From contig JAURAC010000010.1 of the NCBI GenBank assembly GCA_030586555.1, forward strand, positions 8,730-72,729: DNA of 64,000 nt, written 5' to 3'. Under the pieces are notes generated by a model. That model saw only the letters and a program-made list of their open reading frames with translations, made no database searches and had not been told where the DNA came from. Below are positions 9,583 through 19,694 of the stretch, piece after piece. The stretch comes from Candidatus Subterrananammoxibius californiae (GTDB lineage: Bacteria; Planctomycetota; Brocadiia; Brocadiales; Subterrananammoxibiaceae). The position numbers and the translations under genes are program-made. Numbering within the stretch: the first letter of the stretch is position 1; the number at the start of each line of letters is the position of its first letter.

Positions 9583-10176
9583 CTATGAAAGTTTTTTAAG
9601 CCTGAGTTTTAGTATCCCATTTTTGTAGATTGATTGGATATCATTAGCACTGACCGGAAAGGAAAGGGGCATTTCTTTTCTGTATTTCCGCTTATCCGCC
9701 TCAGGCGGGTCCGAGTAGATGGTTAGGGCAAAAAGCAGGTCCCGACCCATGGCGTTCAGCCCTGGGTGCCCGCTTGCTTTTTGCTCCTTTATTTCATACT
9801 TTATGTCCTTTTCCTCTAATCCTGGCAATTCAGCTATTACCTCTATATAATCCTTTTCTTCAAATACATCTACTATCGGCTCTCTAACCCTTTTGTCAGG
9901 TTTGCCAGGTAGCTTTCCGATAACATCTTTTACGGTAGAAATTGCCCCTGTACCAATATTAACTGACACACCGAAAAGCCCTTTGCTCTTTTCATTTAAG
10001 TCTTTTATATCTTTGAGGTTGATTGCGGTGGATTTACTCTCATTCTGTAACTTTGTTATTACATCAATCAGGTTTCCTACACCCTTTAGCATGTCATCCA
10101 ATCCGATATCTACCTCGACCTTTTTTTTATTTTCTGTCATACAGGTTTTACCTCCTTCCTCGCAACTCAATCTCAT
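9583..10176 (-). CDS. Hsp20/alpha-crystallin family protein
   Basis: REPIVDVFEE, VIAELPG, YKNGILKL. Confidence 0.85.
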   Translation of the reverse strand: MRLSCEEGGKTCMTENKKKVEVDIGLDDMLKGVGNLIDVITKLQNESKSTAINLKDIKDLNEKSKGLFGVSVNIGTGAISTVKDVIGKLPGKPDKRVREPIVDVFEEKDYIEVIAELPGLEEKDIKYEIKEQKASGHPGLNAMGRDLLFALTIYSDPPEADKRKYRKEMPLSFPVSANDIQSIYKNGILKLRLKKLS

Positions 10177-12215
10177 CCGCCATACATAAACCTGGCAAGA
10201 GAGCTTAAATTATTCATCCCCCTTATTTCCTCACGAAATAAGGGAATCTCAAAACTGCTATATTCAGGGAATTTTGCCTTTATTTCTTCAATATACGTCT
10301 GCTGTTCGTTGCGTAGTGGTGCACAAAAGGCACATTTTGTTTCAGGGATAACCATATTGGTTATAAGATATCGGCAGGGAATCTCAAGCTTAGCTATGGC
10401 ACGGCATAGCCGCTCCGTCTCAATTATACCCATAGCTTCGGGAATAGTTACAACCACTAACTTGCTCTTCTTTTCATTTATCAATGAGGTTTGTATCCCT
10501 TTAATATCCCTTGAAAGTTTTACTAATTTTTCAATTGTACGTTCAAGTTGACACAGGCGCAGGGTTTCCCGATATTTCAATATTGTTCTAAATATAAGCT
10601 TGAGCCAATCCAGTATTATGTGGGGAAGTTCCAGGAAACGTATCAGATGGCCAGTTGGCGCCGTGTCTAAGATAAAGGTATCGTATTCATTTCTACCCGT
10701 CATCTCTGCAATCGTACTAAGGGCAATAATCTCATCCAGTCCCGGTGGGGATATGGTGAACAGTTCCTTCATCACCCTGTAATCGTAAGTCATATCCACG
10801 GAGCGGTGTTTGAGCGGGCTAAAGACCGTGTCTATTTCTTTCATATATACCTCGGTAAGCTCTTTTAGCATGCTTTCTGCGTCTATTTGAATAGCATAAA
10901 GATTGTTTATTTCATTTACTCGTGTTATCTCGTCTCCTATTGGATATTCAAAACTATCCGATAGGGAATGCGCAGGGTCCGTGGAAAAGACAAGTATTTT
11001 CTTATGTTTATTCTTTTTGGCGAGGTGGAGACCCGTTGCAGCAGCGACCGACGTCTTGCCTACACCACCCTTTCCTGCAAAAATAATGAATTGTAAATCC
11101 TTATTTAAGAGGCCTAATTTTCTGGTTCTATGGGGAAATACATTCTTGAATAACTTAATAAAGGGAGTGGTTTTTTTTACAGATTTAATACATGGGTCAT
11201 AACCTTCGCCGAACAGAATTCTGGCAAATTCCCCTAAATACTCGGTTCCACGAACCTCATGCGGGAATAAGGGTATTTGGAAGATATTGTAGTCTGAGAA
11301 TCTCTCCTCGACCTCCTGGATATGCCCTGTTTGATTTTGCCTTCTCGTGCTACAGAAGTCACATCCTTTGACCGCAACAACACGGTTAAGGATAACACTA
11401 TTAACCTTAATCCCAACCTTGTTCAAGACAACCAGAAATCTTTGTGTCTCAGCTATACTCATCGCCTCAGGAATCAAGACCAAAACGAACTCTGTCTTTC
11501 TGGAGTCTTTAAAAAGACCGGTCACCCTCTCAATGTCTCTGCTGAGGTCTTTCACGAATTTGCCCCCCTCGTCACCCTTGTATTGTCGTCGGGCAAATCG
11601 AGAATAGATATAATGATGTTTTTCTAACATTATACTCATAACCCTTACCCATTCCTTCATAAGACCGGGTAGAGCGAGAAGCCTGACTGTGTGTCCTGTG
11701 GGCGCTGTATCCAGGATAATCAGTTCATATTCCCTGTTTTTGGTTAACTCCATGACCTCCACGATAGCCATAAGTTCATCCATACCTGGTAGAGTTAGGG
11801 AGAAAAAGTCCTCTATATCCTGCTGGTCAAGTAAGGTACCCCTATTGATTATTTTCTTAAGTTCGTTCTCATGTTCTTCTTTGAACGCATCGAGTAGCTG
11901 GCAAGCGTTTGGCTGTAAGATAAAGAGATTATCAAAGCCTTTAAGGGGAATAATCTCATCCCCTACGGTTATGTCAAAGCTGTCGGCTAAGGAATGGGCA
12001 GGGTCAGTTGAGACAACCAATATTTTCTTTTCAGGATTCCTTTGAGCCACATACAGCGCCGTGGCAGCGGCGGCGGTTGTCTTTCCAACGCCTCCTTTAC
12101 CACCGAACAATACAAGTTCCAGCCCCTTGTTTTCCAGAAACCTTGTGCCAACCGCTGGTAAACTTAACGCCTCATCGAGCTGAACTGGTGTAGATGGATA
12201 TGCGTAGTCTTGCAT
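10173..12215 (-). CDS. ArsA/GET3/TRC40 family ATPase, two fused ATPase domains
   Basis: GKGGVGKT, STDPAHSL and DTAPTGH each occur twice; CxxC (CDFC, CAFC) in each half. Confidence 0.92.
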   Translation of the reverse strand: MQDYAYPSTPVQLDEALSLPAVGTRFLENKGLELVLFGGKGGVGKTTAAAATALYVAQRNPEKKILVVSTDPAHSLADSFDITVGDEIIPLKGFDNLFILQPNACQLLDAFKEEHENELKKIINRGTLLDQQDIEDFFSLTLPGMDELMAIVEVMELTKNREYELIILDTAPTGHTVRLLALPGLMKEWVRVMSIMLEKHHYIYSRFARRQYKGDEGGKFVKDLSRDIERVTGLFKDSRKTEFVLVLIPEAMSIAETQRFLVVLNKVGIKVNSVILNRVVAVKGCDFCSTRRQNQTGHIQEVEERFSDYNIFQIPLFPHEVRGTEYLGEFARILFGEGYDPCIKSVKKTTPFIKLFKNVFPHRTRKLGLLNKDLQFIIFAGKGGVGKTSVAAATGLHLAKKNKHKKILVFSTDPAHSLSDSFEYPIGDEITRVNEINNLYAIQIDAESMLKELTEVYMKEIDTVFSPLKHRSVDMTYDYRVMKELFTISPPGLDEIIALSTIAEMTGRNEYDTFILDTAPTGHLIRFLELPHIILDWLKLIFRTILKYRETLRLCQLERTIEKLVKLSRDIKGIQTSLINEKKSKLVVVTIPEAMGIIETERLCRAIAKLEIPCRYLITNMVIPETKCAFCAPLRNEQQTYIEEIKAKFPEYSSFEIPLFREEIRGMNNLSSLARFMYGG

Positions 12216-12242
12216 AAACTATGCCTCTGATGGCATGAATAA

Positions 12243-12307
12243 ATCCGCCTCAAGCGGATAAAACCTCGGTGTTCCGTAGCTAAAGCTAAGGACACCTCGT
12301 TGCCTAC
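12243..12307. repeat. Inverted copy of the composite REP-like element at 9503-9571
   Basis: ATCCGCCTCAAGCGGATAAAACCTCGGTGTTCCGTAGCTAAAGCTAAGGACACCTCGTTGCCTAC. Confidence 0.8.
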
Positions 12308-12310
12308 TTC

Positions 12311-12898
12311 TTATAACATTCTTAATCCTACATCGAGTATGCTTTCTAAGAACATATTTCTAAAGAATGGATGTTCGTGGTCCTGTATACCTGTCTCTTT
12401 CTCTTCCATAGCCAGACGTGCGGCAGTTGCAATCTTATGAATTTCAGCGTCACCGTTACCGTTGGATGTAGCTAAGACGTTATCCAATATAATCATTACC
12501 TTTTGCTTTTTCTCCTGTGTTAAGAGTGCTTCTATCCCTTCAGTAATAATCACACGAACGGCTTTAACGAATCTTTCCTTAGGTAGTTTCTTTTTCAGTA
12601 ATGCCTCTACTCTTTTTGCGGCTATAATAACGGTACGTGATTTTGGCATAAACCTTAAATTCATAACCTTGTCCAACTTGAATAGTTCATCAGAGGATAA
12701 GATACTCTTAGCATAATTTGATTGAACGCACTCTGCCCAAAGCGGGTCGAAATTACCTAATATCCGCAGCAACTGTCCCGGGGTGCCACATCTGGGACAA
12801 AGAGGGACGTAACCCTCGATATAAAGGACAAAGCCTGCCCAATCACAACCCTCTTTGGGGCATTTATATTCTGCAGATTCTCCCTGTATTGTATTCAT
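12311..12898 (-). CDS. Hypothetical protein with N-terminal Zn-ribbon
   Basis: CPKEGC...CPRC; AAGGAGAGG Shine-Dalgarno. Confidence 0.7.
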   Translation of the reverse strand: MNTIQGESAEYKCPKEGCDWAGFVLYIEGYVPLCPRCGTPGQLLRILGNFDPLWAECVQSNYAKSILSSDELFKLDKVMNLRFMPKSRTVIIAAKRVEALLKKKLPKERFVKAVRVIITEGIEALLTQEKKQKVMIILDNVLATSNGNGDAEIHKIATAARLAMEEKETGIQDHEHPFFRNMFLESILDVGLRML

Positions 12899-12932
12899 CT
12901 ATGCCTCTCCTTAATCCTTTCTGACCTTAAGT

Positions 12933-12990
12933 GGTAGATAACGAGGTTTTACCTCGTTGAATTCAACGAACAGAAAGTTCGTTGTCTACC
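12933..12990. repeat. GGTAGACAACG REP-like doublet
   Basis: GGTAGATAACGAGGTTTTACCTCGTTG AATT CAACGAACAGAAAGTTCGTTGTCTACC; supplies the stop codon of the gvpO-like gene. Confidence 0.8.
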
Positions 12991-13306
12991 ATGTCTCACC
13001 TACCGATTTGGTGACGGTAAATGGTTCGGTTCTCTTAAAAGATAGAATCTCCATATTTTCATCCATAGTTAACTCATAGATATTTCGGTTATAAACAGTC
13101 GTGCCCAATCCGAGCGCCTTTACGTACTCACTTTCTTCCACAATCTGCACCCTTGCAATCCAGGAGACGGGTTCTTCATCTACCTTGCGTACCTCAAGGA
13201 TTGTAATGGGTAGCCCTTCCTTTTCAAGTTCCTTACTCATAAAGGTAGCGATTCTTTTCCTAACCTCTACGATTCCTAACTTGTTAACTTCCTTATTTTC
13301 TGTCAT
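12986..13306 (-). CDS. gvpO: GvpO/GvpR-like gas vesicle protein
   Basis: WIARVQIVEE...IYELTMDENMEILSFKR pattern; located in the gvp cluster. Confidence 0.7.
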   Translation of the reverse strand: MTENKEVNKLGIVEVRKRIATFMSKELEKEGLPITILEVRKVDEEPVSWIARVQIVEESEYVKALGLGTTVYNRNIYELTMDENMEILSFKRTEPFTVTKSVGETW

Positions 13307-13327
13307 GTTAACTCCCCTTATAGTGGA

Positions 13328-13756
13328 TTAAATGTATTCCTTTTTGCTATCTCCACCTTCATCATTAATCTCCCGAAATCCCACTTTGCTAAAGGGGGAC
13401 AGAGGAGGATTAATATCTACTTCGTTGGTATCTTCTCCCCACATCTCCTGTTGTTTAGCCTCTCTTATCTTTCGCAACCTTGCCATTAATACAGCTTCTT
13501 CCTTTTGGTATTCTTCCTCCGTTATTTCATCTAACTCGTGGCGCAGTTGAAGTTCCAATAGCTTCTCATGAACTGTCCCCTCATCTGTCAATTCGCGGTT
13601 GCACATATCACAGATGCTTTCACACATCATCCTTGCCATGGCAATGGGAGGCTCTACGAGAAGTTTGTATAATAGATAATCATCAATTAATAACAAGTTG
13701 GCAACCCCGCTCCTTGAAGGGCTAAGTTGGTAGCCGCAACCTTTAGGTTGCGCCAT
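13328..13756 (-). CDS. gvpG: Gas vesicle protein GvpG; true start possibly TTG near 13696
   Basis: LLIDD...ELTDE...LLELQLRHELDEITEEEYQKEEAVLMARL. Confidence 0.85.
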   Translation of the reverse strand: MAQPKGCGYQLSPSRSGVANLLLIDDYLLYKLLVEPPIAMARMMCESICDMCNRELTDEGTVHEKLLELQLRHELDEITEEEYQKEEAVLMARLRKIREAKQQEMWGEDTNEVDINPPLSPFSKVGFREINDEGGDSKKEYI

Positions 13757-13788
13757 TTGTTCGCAGGCTAAAGCCTGCGGCTACAAAT

Positions 13789-14724
13789 TTATACGTAAAC
13801 CCGCTCCTTTTTACATCTTCTTTGACCGTGCAACACCTCCATCCTTACCTTAACAAAATTGTATGGCGCCCAATCACCTGTAAATATCCACATTACCTTT
13901 TCTCTATATTTTTCCTCAAGTTTATCTAATTCGGCTTGAAATTCCTTCTCTTTATCACGGTCTACGAGAAAGGAGGCGTTCATTATCATCCTATCGCCGA
14001 TGGGGTCGTTGATGCGAGAAGCTGCAGAATGCTTCTTTAGGTGCTCATATATGTCCTTTAATAAGATATTGCCCTCACTGACCTTTACTTGCTCCACCAT
14101 GCTGCCCAAACGGAATCTTAATTGATGACTCTTCTCAGGTGGTCTCTTTTCTATCTCCTGTTTTAATTGACGCAGCTCACTATAGCGGTTAAGCAAATCC
14201 TTTAAGGCGTCCTTCTTCCAGAGGGCTTTAACGCTTAGTTCCTTCCTGTTGCCCAGATTCTTCATTACTTCTTTAAGCTTTTCAGTGTTGTCTTTTAGGA
14301 GTTCTTTGATATCCATTTCAGTCCTGAATATGGTCCCGAAAGAGGCTGGAATCATCGCATGGTCTTTTATTACTTCTTCTATAATCCTGTTGTGTGCCAG
14401 ACAATTTTCCCTGACAGGGTCATAGACTACAAGGGGTGTCTTACTAACAACCGCTGCAAGGCTGTCGCAGTTGACGGTAAACACCTTATCATTGCGCCCG
14501 CCAATACCCGGTGAGCCAAAATCTAATTCCTTGTTAGTTTCGATGACGCCGTAGAAGTAATAACCTTCCATTAGAGTCTTGAGTCTGGAGTCGGCGAGTC
14601 GGCGAGTCAGTGAGTCTGGAGTCGGTGAGGCTGGACTCTCTGACTCTCTGACTCTCTGACTCTCTGACTCTTTGGACTCACGAATGACTCCTGACTCTTG
14701 ACTCTCCACTCTTGACTCACACAT
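13789..14724 (-). CDS. gvpF: GvpF/GvpL family gas vesicle protein with repeat-derived N-terminal extension
   Basis: [38 protein letters not shown]; adjacent to gvpG. Confidence 0.88.
   Translation of the reverse strand: MCESRVESQESGVIRESKESESQRVRESESPASPTPDSLTRRLADSRLKTLMEGYYFYGVIETNKELDFGSPGIGGRNDKVFTVNCDSLAAVVSKTPLVVYDPVRENCLAHNRIIEEVIKDHAMIPASFGTIFRTEMDIKELLKDNTEKLKEVMKNLGNRKELSVKALWKKDALKDLLNRYSELRQLKQEIEKRPPEKSHQLRFRLGSMVEQVKVSEGNILLKDIYEHLKKHSAASRINDPIGDRMIMNASFLVDRDKEKEFQAELDKLEEKYREKVMWIFTGDWAPYNFVKVRMEVLHGQRRCKKERVYV
14580..14718. repeat. Inverted array of GAGTC/GACTC 7-8-mer repeats in the 5' part of the gvpF ORF
   Basis: GAGTCTGGAGTCGGCGAGTC... then GACTCTCTGACTCTCTGACTCTCT...GACTCTTGACTC. 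Confidence 0.8.
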
Positions 14725-16969
14725 AGGTCTTCCCTTCTTTCTCTTTTTCTCCAGCCTCTGACCTTTTCTTTATTGCTTCCTTTACTTCTTTAATGGCTGC
14801 ATCAAAATGTTTTGCATGGATTTTGAACCTGGAATAATCCCTGGTTTTGTTGTATTCTTCCTGTTCCAAAAACTCCCTTATTGCCAGCAGTGTAGCCTTC
14901 TTGCAGATGGCTTCTATATCAGCGCCTACTAAGTCTTCATACTCTGTTAGTGAGGCAAGCGTTTCTATCTTTACGTCCTCAGATAGGGGCTTGCTTTTGG
15001 TATGAACCTCAAAAATCTTTTTCCTGCTTTCCTCATCCGGGACAGGCACCTCAATAAGGGAATCAAACCTGCCAGGTCTGAGTAATGCAGCATCAATGAT
15101 ATCCAATCTATTAGTGGCTGCCAGAACCAGCACACCCTTGAGTTCTTCAATACCATCCATTTCAGTAAGCATCTGGCTAATAACCCTCTCAGCAACGTGT
15201 TCATTCCCTGCGCTTGCCCCTCGAATAGGTACCAGTGCATCTATTTCATCAAAGAAGATGATGCAAGGGCTACTTTGTCTTCCCTTTCTGAAGACCTCAC
15301 GAACCCCTTTCTCAGACTCTCCTACCCATTTTGACATGATTTCTGGTCCCTTGACAGGGATAAAATTAACTCCGCTTTCGGTTGCAACCGCCTTAGCCAG
15401 TAACGTCTTGCCGGTACCTGTAATTCCGTGCAGCAAAATCCCCTTGGGGGGGGACGTCTTTGCATGTTTGAATAATTCGGGGTATTTTAAAGGCCATTCT
15501 ACAGTCTCCTTTAACTCCTTTTTTATTTTTTCAAGACCGCCAATATCATCCCACCTGACATCTGGAACCTCCACAAAGACTTCCCTTATTGCTGAAGGCT
15601 CGACGTCCTTAAGCGCCTCCATAAAGTCATCCATAGTTACCTCAAGTTCTATTAGAACCTCGTAGGGGATGTAGTTTGCTGCAAAATCTATTTTCGGAAT
15701 GACCTTTCGAAGGCATATCATTGCTGCTTCTTTGGCAAGGGTCTCCAGGTCTGCCCCCACGAATCCATGTGTAAAGTCTGCCAGCTTTTCTAAATCTACG
15801 TCCTTAGATAGTGGCATCCCTCTGGTATGTATCTGGAGTATCTCTAACCGACCGTTTCTATCAGGAATGCCGACGTATATTTCTCTATCAAATCGTCCAC
15901 CCCGTCTCAAGGCGGGGTCGAGGATATTCGGTATATTTGTCGCACCTATAACAACAATCTGTCCCCTTGGGTCCAGTCCATCCATTAAGGAAAGGAGTTG
16001 TGCTACAACCCTTTTCTCTACCTCGCCATAGACCTCCTCCCTCTTTGGCGCCATGGCGTCTAACTCATCTATAAAGAGTATTGCTGGAGCGTGCCGAGCA
16101 GCATCCTCAAATATTGCCCTCAGCCTTGCCTCGCTCTCCCCGTAATACTTTGCCATGACTTCAGGTCCGCTTAGGTGGGCAAAGTAGGCATCGGTCTCAT
16201 TTGCCACAGCCCTTGCTATTAAGGTCTTACCTGTCCCGGGCGGACCGTGCAACAAAACCCCTTTAGGTGGGGATATTCCCAACCTCTCAAAGACTTCGGG
16301 ATGTTTCAAGGGGAGTTCAATCATCTCCCTGACCCTTTGAATCTCCCTGCTTAACCCGCCAATATCCTCATAGCAGACCCTGATGCCAACCTTTTCGACT
16401 GCCTCCTCTTTCTGTATCTTAATATCAGTAGTAGCATGTATTAATACGATTTCCCTTGGGATGGTGTCAACGACGTTGAGGTCTTGTGGCATGGAGCCGA
16501 AGAGAGTAGCTCTTATTCTATCACCCTTGATAACAGGCAATCCCTCCAGGAGTCTTCCGAGGTATTTACCAGTATCTGCGTTTCGGGGTAATGTTTTTAT
16601 CCTGTACATAGGGGCAAGGGTTATACTTTTGGCTATACTGTGAGCAACCTTCTTAACCTTAACCTTCTCATCTATACTACTTTGCGCATTTTGCCTTATT
16701 ATTCCATCTATCTGGATTATCTCTTTACCACGGTCTTCTGCATAGGTGGGCATGACCTTGGCGACTGTCTTTTTTTTACCATGAATCTCTATTATGTCGC
16801 CCACCTCGGCGCCTATGTTATTTATATGCTCCGGGTCTATCCTCGCTATGCCCCGACCAACGTCCTTAGTTAATGCCTCTGCTATACGTAATTCAAATCC
16901 CTCTCCACCAAAAGGATTGGCGGACTCGCCGATCTTTTGGGCGAGCTTTGAAGTAGTTTCCTCAGGCAT
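14717..16969 (-). CDS. CDC48/VCP/p97 family AAA+ ATPase
   Basis: N-domain [11 protein letters not shown]1 [23 protein letters not shown]2 [21 protein letters not shown]. Confidence 0.95.
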   Translation of the reverse strand: MPEETTSKLAQKIGESANPFGGEGFELRIAEALTKDVGRGIARIDPEHINNIGAEVGDIIEIHGKKKTVAKVMPTYAEDRGKEIIQIDGIIRQNAQSSIDEKVKVKKVAHSIAKSITLAPMYRIKTLPRNADTGKYLGRLLEGLPVIKGDRIRATLFGSMPQDLNVVDTIPREIVLIHATTDIKIQKEEAVEKVGIRVCYEDIGGLSREIQRVREMIELPLKHPEVFERLGISPPKGVLLHGPPGTGKTLIARAVANETDAYFAHLSGPEVMAKYYGESEARLRAIFEDAARHAPAILFIDELDAMAPKREEVYGEVEKRVVAQLLSLMDGLDPRGQIVVIGATNIPNILDPALRRGGRFDREIYVGIPDRNGRLEILQIHTRGMPLSKDVDLEKLADFTHGFVGADLETLAKEAAMICLRKVIPKIDFAANYIPYEVLIELEVTMDDFMEALKDVEPSAIREVFVEVPDVRWDDIGGLEKIKKELKETVEWPLKYPELFKHAKTSPPKGILLHGITGTGKTLLAKAVATESGVNFIPVKGPEIMSKWVGESEKGVREVFRKGRQSSPCIIFFDEIDALVPIRGASAGNEHVAERVISQMLTEMDGIEELKGVLVLAATNRLDIIDAALLRPGRFDSLIEVPVPDEESRKKIFEVHTKSKPLSEDVKIETLASLTEYEDLVGADIEAICKKATLLAIREFLEQEEYNKTRDYSRFKIHAKHFDAAIKEVKEAIKKRSEAGEKEKEGKTYV

Positions 16970-17026
16970 GACTCCCCCGTGTTTTTTTGTTTTGTGTTAG
17001 GCAACACTTAATGTGAAAACAAGAGT

Positions 17027-17054
17027 GGTAGACAACGAGGTTTTACCTCGTTGA
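17027..17054. repeat. GGTAGACAACG REP-like single hairpin
   Basis: GGTAGACAACGAGGTTTTACCTCGTTGA. Confidence 0.75.
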
Positions 17055-17612
17055 TTACAACTTCATAAGTTTCAATTCTAAGATTCCATTCTTATACTTT
17101 GATTCCACCTTCTCAGGGTCTATGGAGCAAGGCAAAGATACTTCCTTGCTATATTTTCTATCTGCATTGAGTGAAGTGATTGCTAAGGCGTTATCTTTTT
17201 TTAGTTCATATTTTATATCCTTTTCTTCTACGCCCGGCAATTCAGCCACTACACGAACGTAGTCAGGCTCTTCAAAAACATCAATGATTGGTTCTCTGAC
17301 CTCCTCAACCACAGGTCCTTTTTCTGTTACCTTGTGGATATTCCCGAAGGGTTCGACCGTGGTCTCTCCTCCAGCTAAGGTTCTTACCGAAATACCAAAG
17401 ACGCCTTTAGCCTTCTCACCTAATCCTTTTATCTCCCCTGTCTTGGTGATGACAGATTTACCTTCCTCAGCCATTTTGGTTGCCAAATCAATAATATTGC
17501 CCAACCCTTTAAACAACTCTCCGAAACCAAGGTCAATGTTTATACCTTCCTTTTTTTCTTCAGGTTCTTTTTTTTTCTTCTGGGACATTTTTTTAATCTC
17601 CCCTAAACTCAT
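17055..17612 (-). CDS. Archaeal-type Hsp20 (GvpH-like)
   Basis: VFGISVR, EPFGNI, VREPIIDVFEE, VAELPGV, YKNGILELKL. Confidence 0.88.
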   Translation of the reverse strand: MSLGEIKKMSQKKKKEPEEKKEGINIDLGFGELFKGLGNIIDLATKMAEEGKSVITKTGEIKGLGEKAKGVFGISVRTLAGGETTVEPFGNIHKVTEKGPVVEEVREPIIDVFEEPDYVRVVAELPGVEEKDIKYELKKDNALAITSLNADRKYSKEVSLPCSIDPEKVESKYKNGILELKLMKL

Positions 17613-18166
17613 AACGCTAAACTCGTAACTCCCATTGTAACTACCCCTTTACCCTTACAAATACCACAATAAGAATTAAATTTAGTGTCCTTTCCGGTTC
17701 CCCGACAAAAAGTACATTTCCTCACAGGCTCCATAATGCTAACCATGCCTTTGCCATTACATACAATACAGGTGGTAAGCCTTTCATTTGGATGTTGAGT
17801 GCCACGCCCGCCGCAGTAGGTGCACGTTATAGCAGGTTTCCCGATAGAGACCTTTCCTTTGCCAAAGCATACAGCGCACCTTGTTCTAAGCAGGGCATCC
17901 GTTCCGACGCCTCGACATTTTGCACATGGGAACGTGGCTTTTTCTACTATCTTCTTTTGAACTCTTAGAGACGTAAATGCTCTGGTATTGAGGATTACCT
18001 TGGTTATAAGAGTATCCCGTGCCTGAACAAATGTGAGCATTGGTCTTGCGGTGTCTTTGTTACCCTCTTTCTCTACCTCCCAATTGGCTTCATGCCTCTG
18101 ACATTTCGGTTGTACTTTCCTCCCTCGTTCCCAATTATCAAGGCTAATTATATTCCAATTGACCAC
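17609..18166 (-). CDS. DnaJ-type zinc finger (CxxCxGxG repeat) protein without J domain
   Basis: Six repeats: CAKCRGVG, CAVCFGKG, CTYCGGRG, CIVCNGKG, CTFCRGTG, CGICKGKG; no HPD motif. Confidence 0.85.
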   Translation of the reverse strand: MVNWNIISLDNWERGRKVQPKCQRHEANWEVEKEGNKDTARPMLTFVQARDTLITKVILNTRAFTSLRVQKKIVEKATFPCAKCRGVGTDALLRTRCAVCFGKGKVSIGKPAITCTYCGGRGTQHPNERLTTCIVCNGKGMVSIMEPVRKCTFCRGTGKDTKFNSYCGICKGKGVVTMGVTSLAL

Positions 18167-18191
18167 TGTAATTTTCTCTCCATATTACAAG

Positions 18192-18260
18192 GGGACACTT
18201 CCCATATTTTCCAAGTAAGTAGGAAGTCCAAAGAAAGAAAAAAAATATGGGAAGTGTCCC
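18192..18260. repeat. 19-bp perfect inverted repeat (REP/MITE-like)
   Basis: GGGACACTTCCCATATTTT ... AAAATATGGGAAGTGTCCC. Confidence 0.75.
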
Positions 18261-18281
18261 TTTTACTCCCCAAGACGTTCT

Positions 18282-18680
18282 TTATGCTCTTCTTGCGAAC
18301 ATATTGACATATAACTTATGCAACTTGCCACGGGCGGTCTTATTACCCATGCTCATATCCGGGCTCGGTGGTGGCTGTCCATCGCTTTTATACTGTATCT
18401 GTTCCATTTTTTGCTCAATAATATTTTGTTGATTCTGGATACGCTCGACTGTCTTTAATAATGCCTTTTTTTGCTTTTCCAATCTAATCTTATCACTCTC
18501 TAACTTAGAAAGTTTTCCGAGGTAGGTTTCGTCGTTTTTTGGTGCAGAGTATTGATGCGAGCTCTGCATAGTATCGAGGATTGACCTTAATCCTCTTTTT
18601 TCCCAGGGAAGTGAACCCGTTCCTTGACACACGAAACAAACACGTTCATCTGCCAGCGCCTTTATTGCTGTCTCTGTCAT
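18282..18680 (-). CDS. Coiled-coil hypothetical protein following gvpN (possible accessory gas vesicle protein)
   Basis: AGGAG Shine-Dalgarno; CFVCQGTG motif then a heptad-rich region. Confidence 0.65.
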   Translation of the reverse strand: MTETAIKALADERVCFVCQGTGSLPWEKRGLRSILDTMQSSHQYSAPKNDETYLGKLSKLESDKIRLEKQKKALLKTVERIQNQQNIIEQKMEQIQYKSDGQPPPSPDMSMGNKTARGKLHKLYVNMFARRA

Positions 18681-18700
18681 TTTTCGTTATCTCCTATAAA

Positions 18701-18760
18701 AGGTAGACAACGATGTTTATCATCGTTGATTTCAACGGACATAAAGTCCGTTGTCTACCT
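18701..18760. repeat. GGTAGACAACG REP-like doublet
   Basis: AGGTAGACAACGATGTTTATCATCGTTG ATTT CAACGGACATAAAGTCCGTTGTCTACCT immediately after the gvpN stop. Confidence 0.8.
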
Positions 18761-19675
18761 TTACGGTGCATGATGTTTAATCAACTCGTCTAATACCTTA
18801 CAAGTCTCTGACTTCTTATTTATGGGAACACCAAGATTAAAGGTTTCTGAGGTTAAGACATCCAGGCAGGTTTGTCTAAAGACCTTATCTTTGTACGAGG
18901 CTTGTGCATTTCGTAGTGCCAACACCCTGCCAATCTTGATGCAAGCCCTCACGGTGGGATTGAATTTGTAACTTCCTGTCTCTCTAAATTCTCTTACAAT
19001 ATTGACAATCCTCTCGGCAGTTTGCTCTGAGACCCGTGCCTTGGTCATCGTGATACGCAGTTCGGTCTCTTTGTCAAAGTATCCTAAATCAATAGTAATC
19101 ATCCTATCACGCAAAGCGTCCTGCGCTTTATGGATACCTGCATACTCTTCAGGGTTGCTGGTAAAGATAGCGGCGAAATTGGGGTCAACCCTCACATAAT
19201 TACCCTCTCCGCTGACAGCAGGTATCTCCAGCATCTTCTCTTCCAGAACGCTTAGCAGGACGTTATTTGCCTCTGGTCTTGACCTCGTAAACTCGTCGTA
19301 TATCAAGGTGAAGCCATATTTGACCGCGGTGGTTAAGCGGCTATCTACCCAGCGTCTTTTTACGTTTTCGCTGGTCTTTAAGACGGTGGAAATAAAGTTA
19401 TCAACCTCCGTCTTTTTTGTATAGCCATACGTTCCACCAATGAGGTCTGAGGTGGTAAATTCGTCATCGCCATGAATCATAATTAAGGGACGCACCCGCT
19501 TGCTGGCGATATGCATGGCTAATGTTGTCTTTCCAGTGCCTGCCGCCCCACGGAAATGGACCGGATAACCGGCATCGAGATAGGCAAGAGACCTTTCAGT
19601 AAGTTCTTTGATATAAGTCGTTTCTACGAAATTTTCTTGTGGTAATGCACGTAAAATTGTGGGTTCATTCGCCAT
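18761..19675 (-). CDS. gvpN: Gas vesicle AAA+ ATPase GvpN
   Basis: YPVHFRGAAGTGKTTLA, WVDSRLT, YDEFTRSRPEANNVLL, FTSNPEEYAG, QDALRDR. Confidence 0.96.
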   Translation of the reverse strand: MANEPTILRALPQENFVETTYIKELTERSLAYLDAGYPVHFRGAAGTGKTTLAMHIASKRVRPLIMIHGDDEFTTSDLIGGTYGYTKKTEVDNFISTVLKTSENVKRRWVDSRLTTAVKYGFTLIYDEFTRSRPEANNVLLSVLEEKMLEIPAVSGEGNYVRVDPNFAAIFTSNPEEYAGIHKAQDALRDRMITIDLGYFDKETELRITMTKARVSEQTAERIVNIVREFRETGSYKFNPTVRACIKIGRVLALRNAQASYKDKVFRQTCLDVLTSETFNLGVPINKKSETCKVLDELIKHHAP

Positions 19676-19694
19676 TTTTATAAACTCCTATAGA

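Noticed and set aside
10173..12215. Arsenic resistance (arsA)
   Set aside because: No arsB, acr3, arsC, arsD or arsR nearby; GET3-like CxxC motifs and gvp context point elsewhere
14717..14730. HbYX proteasome-docking tail on CDC48 (KTYV)
   Set aside because: The YV arises from the TATGTGTGA overlap with the next start codon, and Thr is a poor hydrophobic residue
5807..18760. Recurring ~28-60 bp palindromic repeats as a CRISPR array
   Set aside because: Copies are kilobases apart at gene boundaries, with no regular spacers and no cas genes
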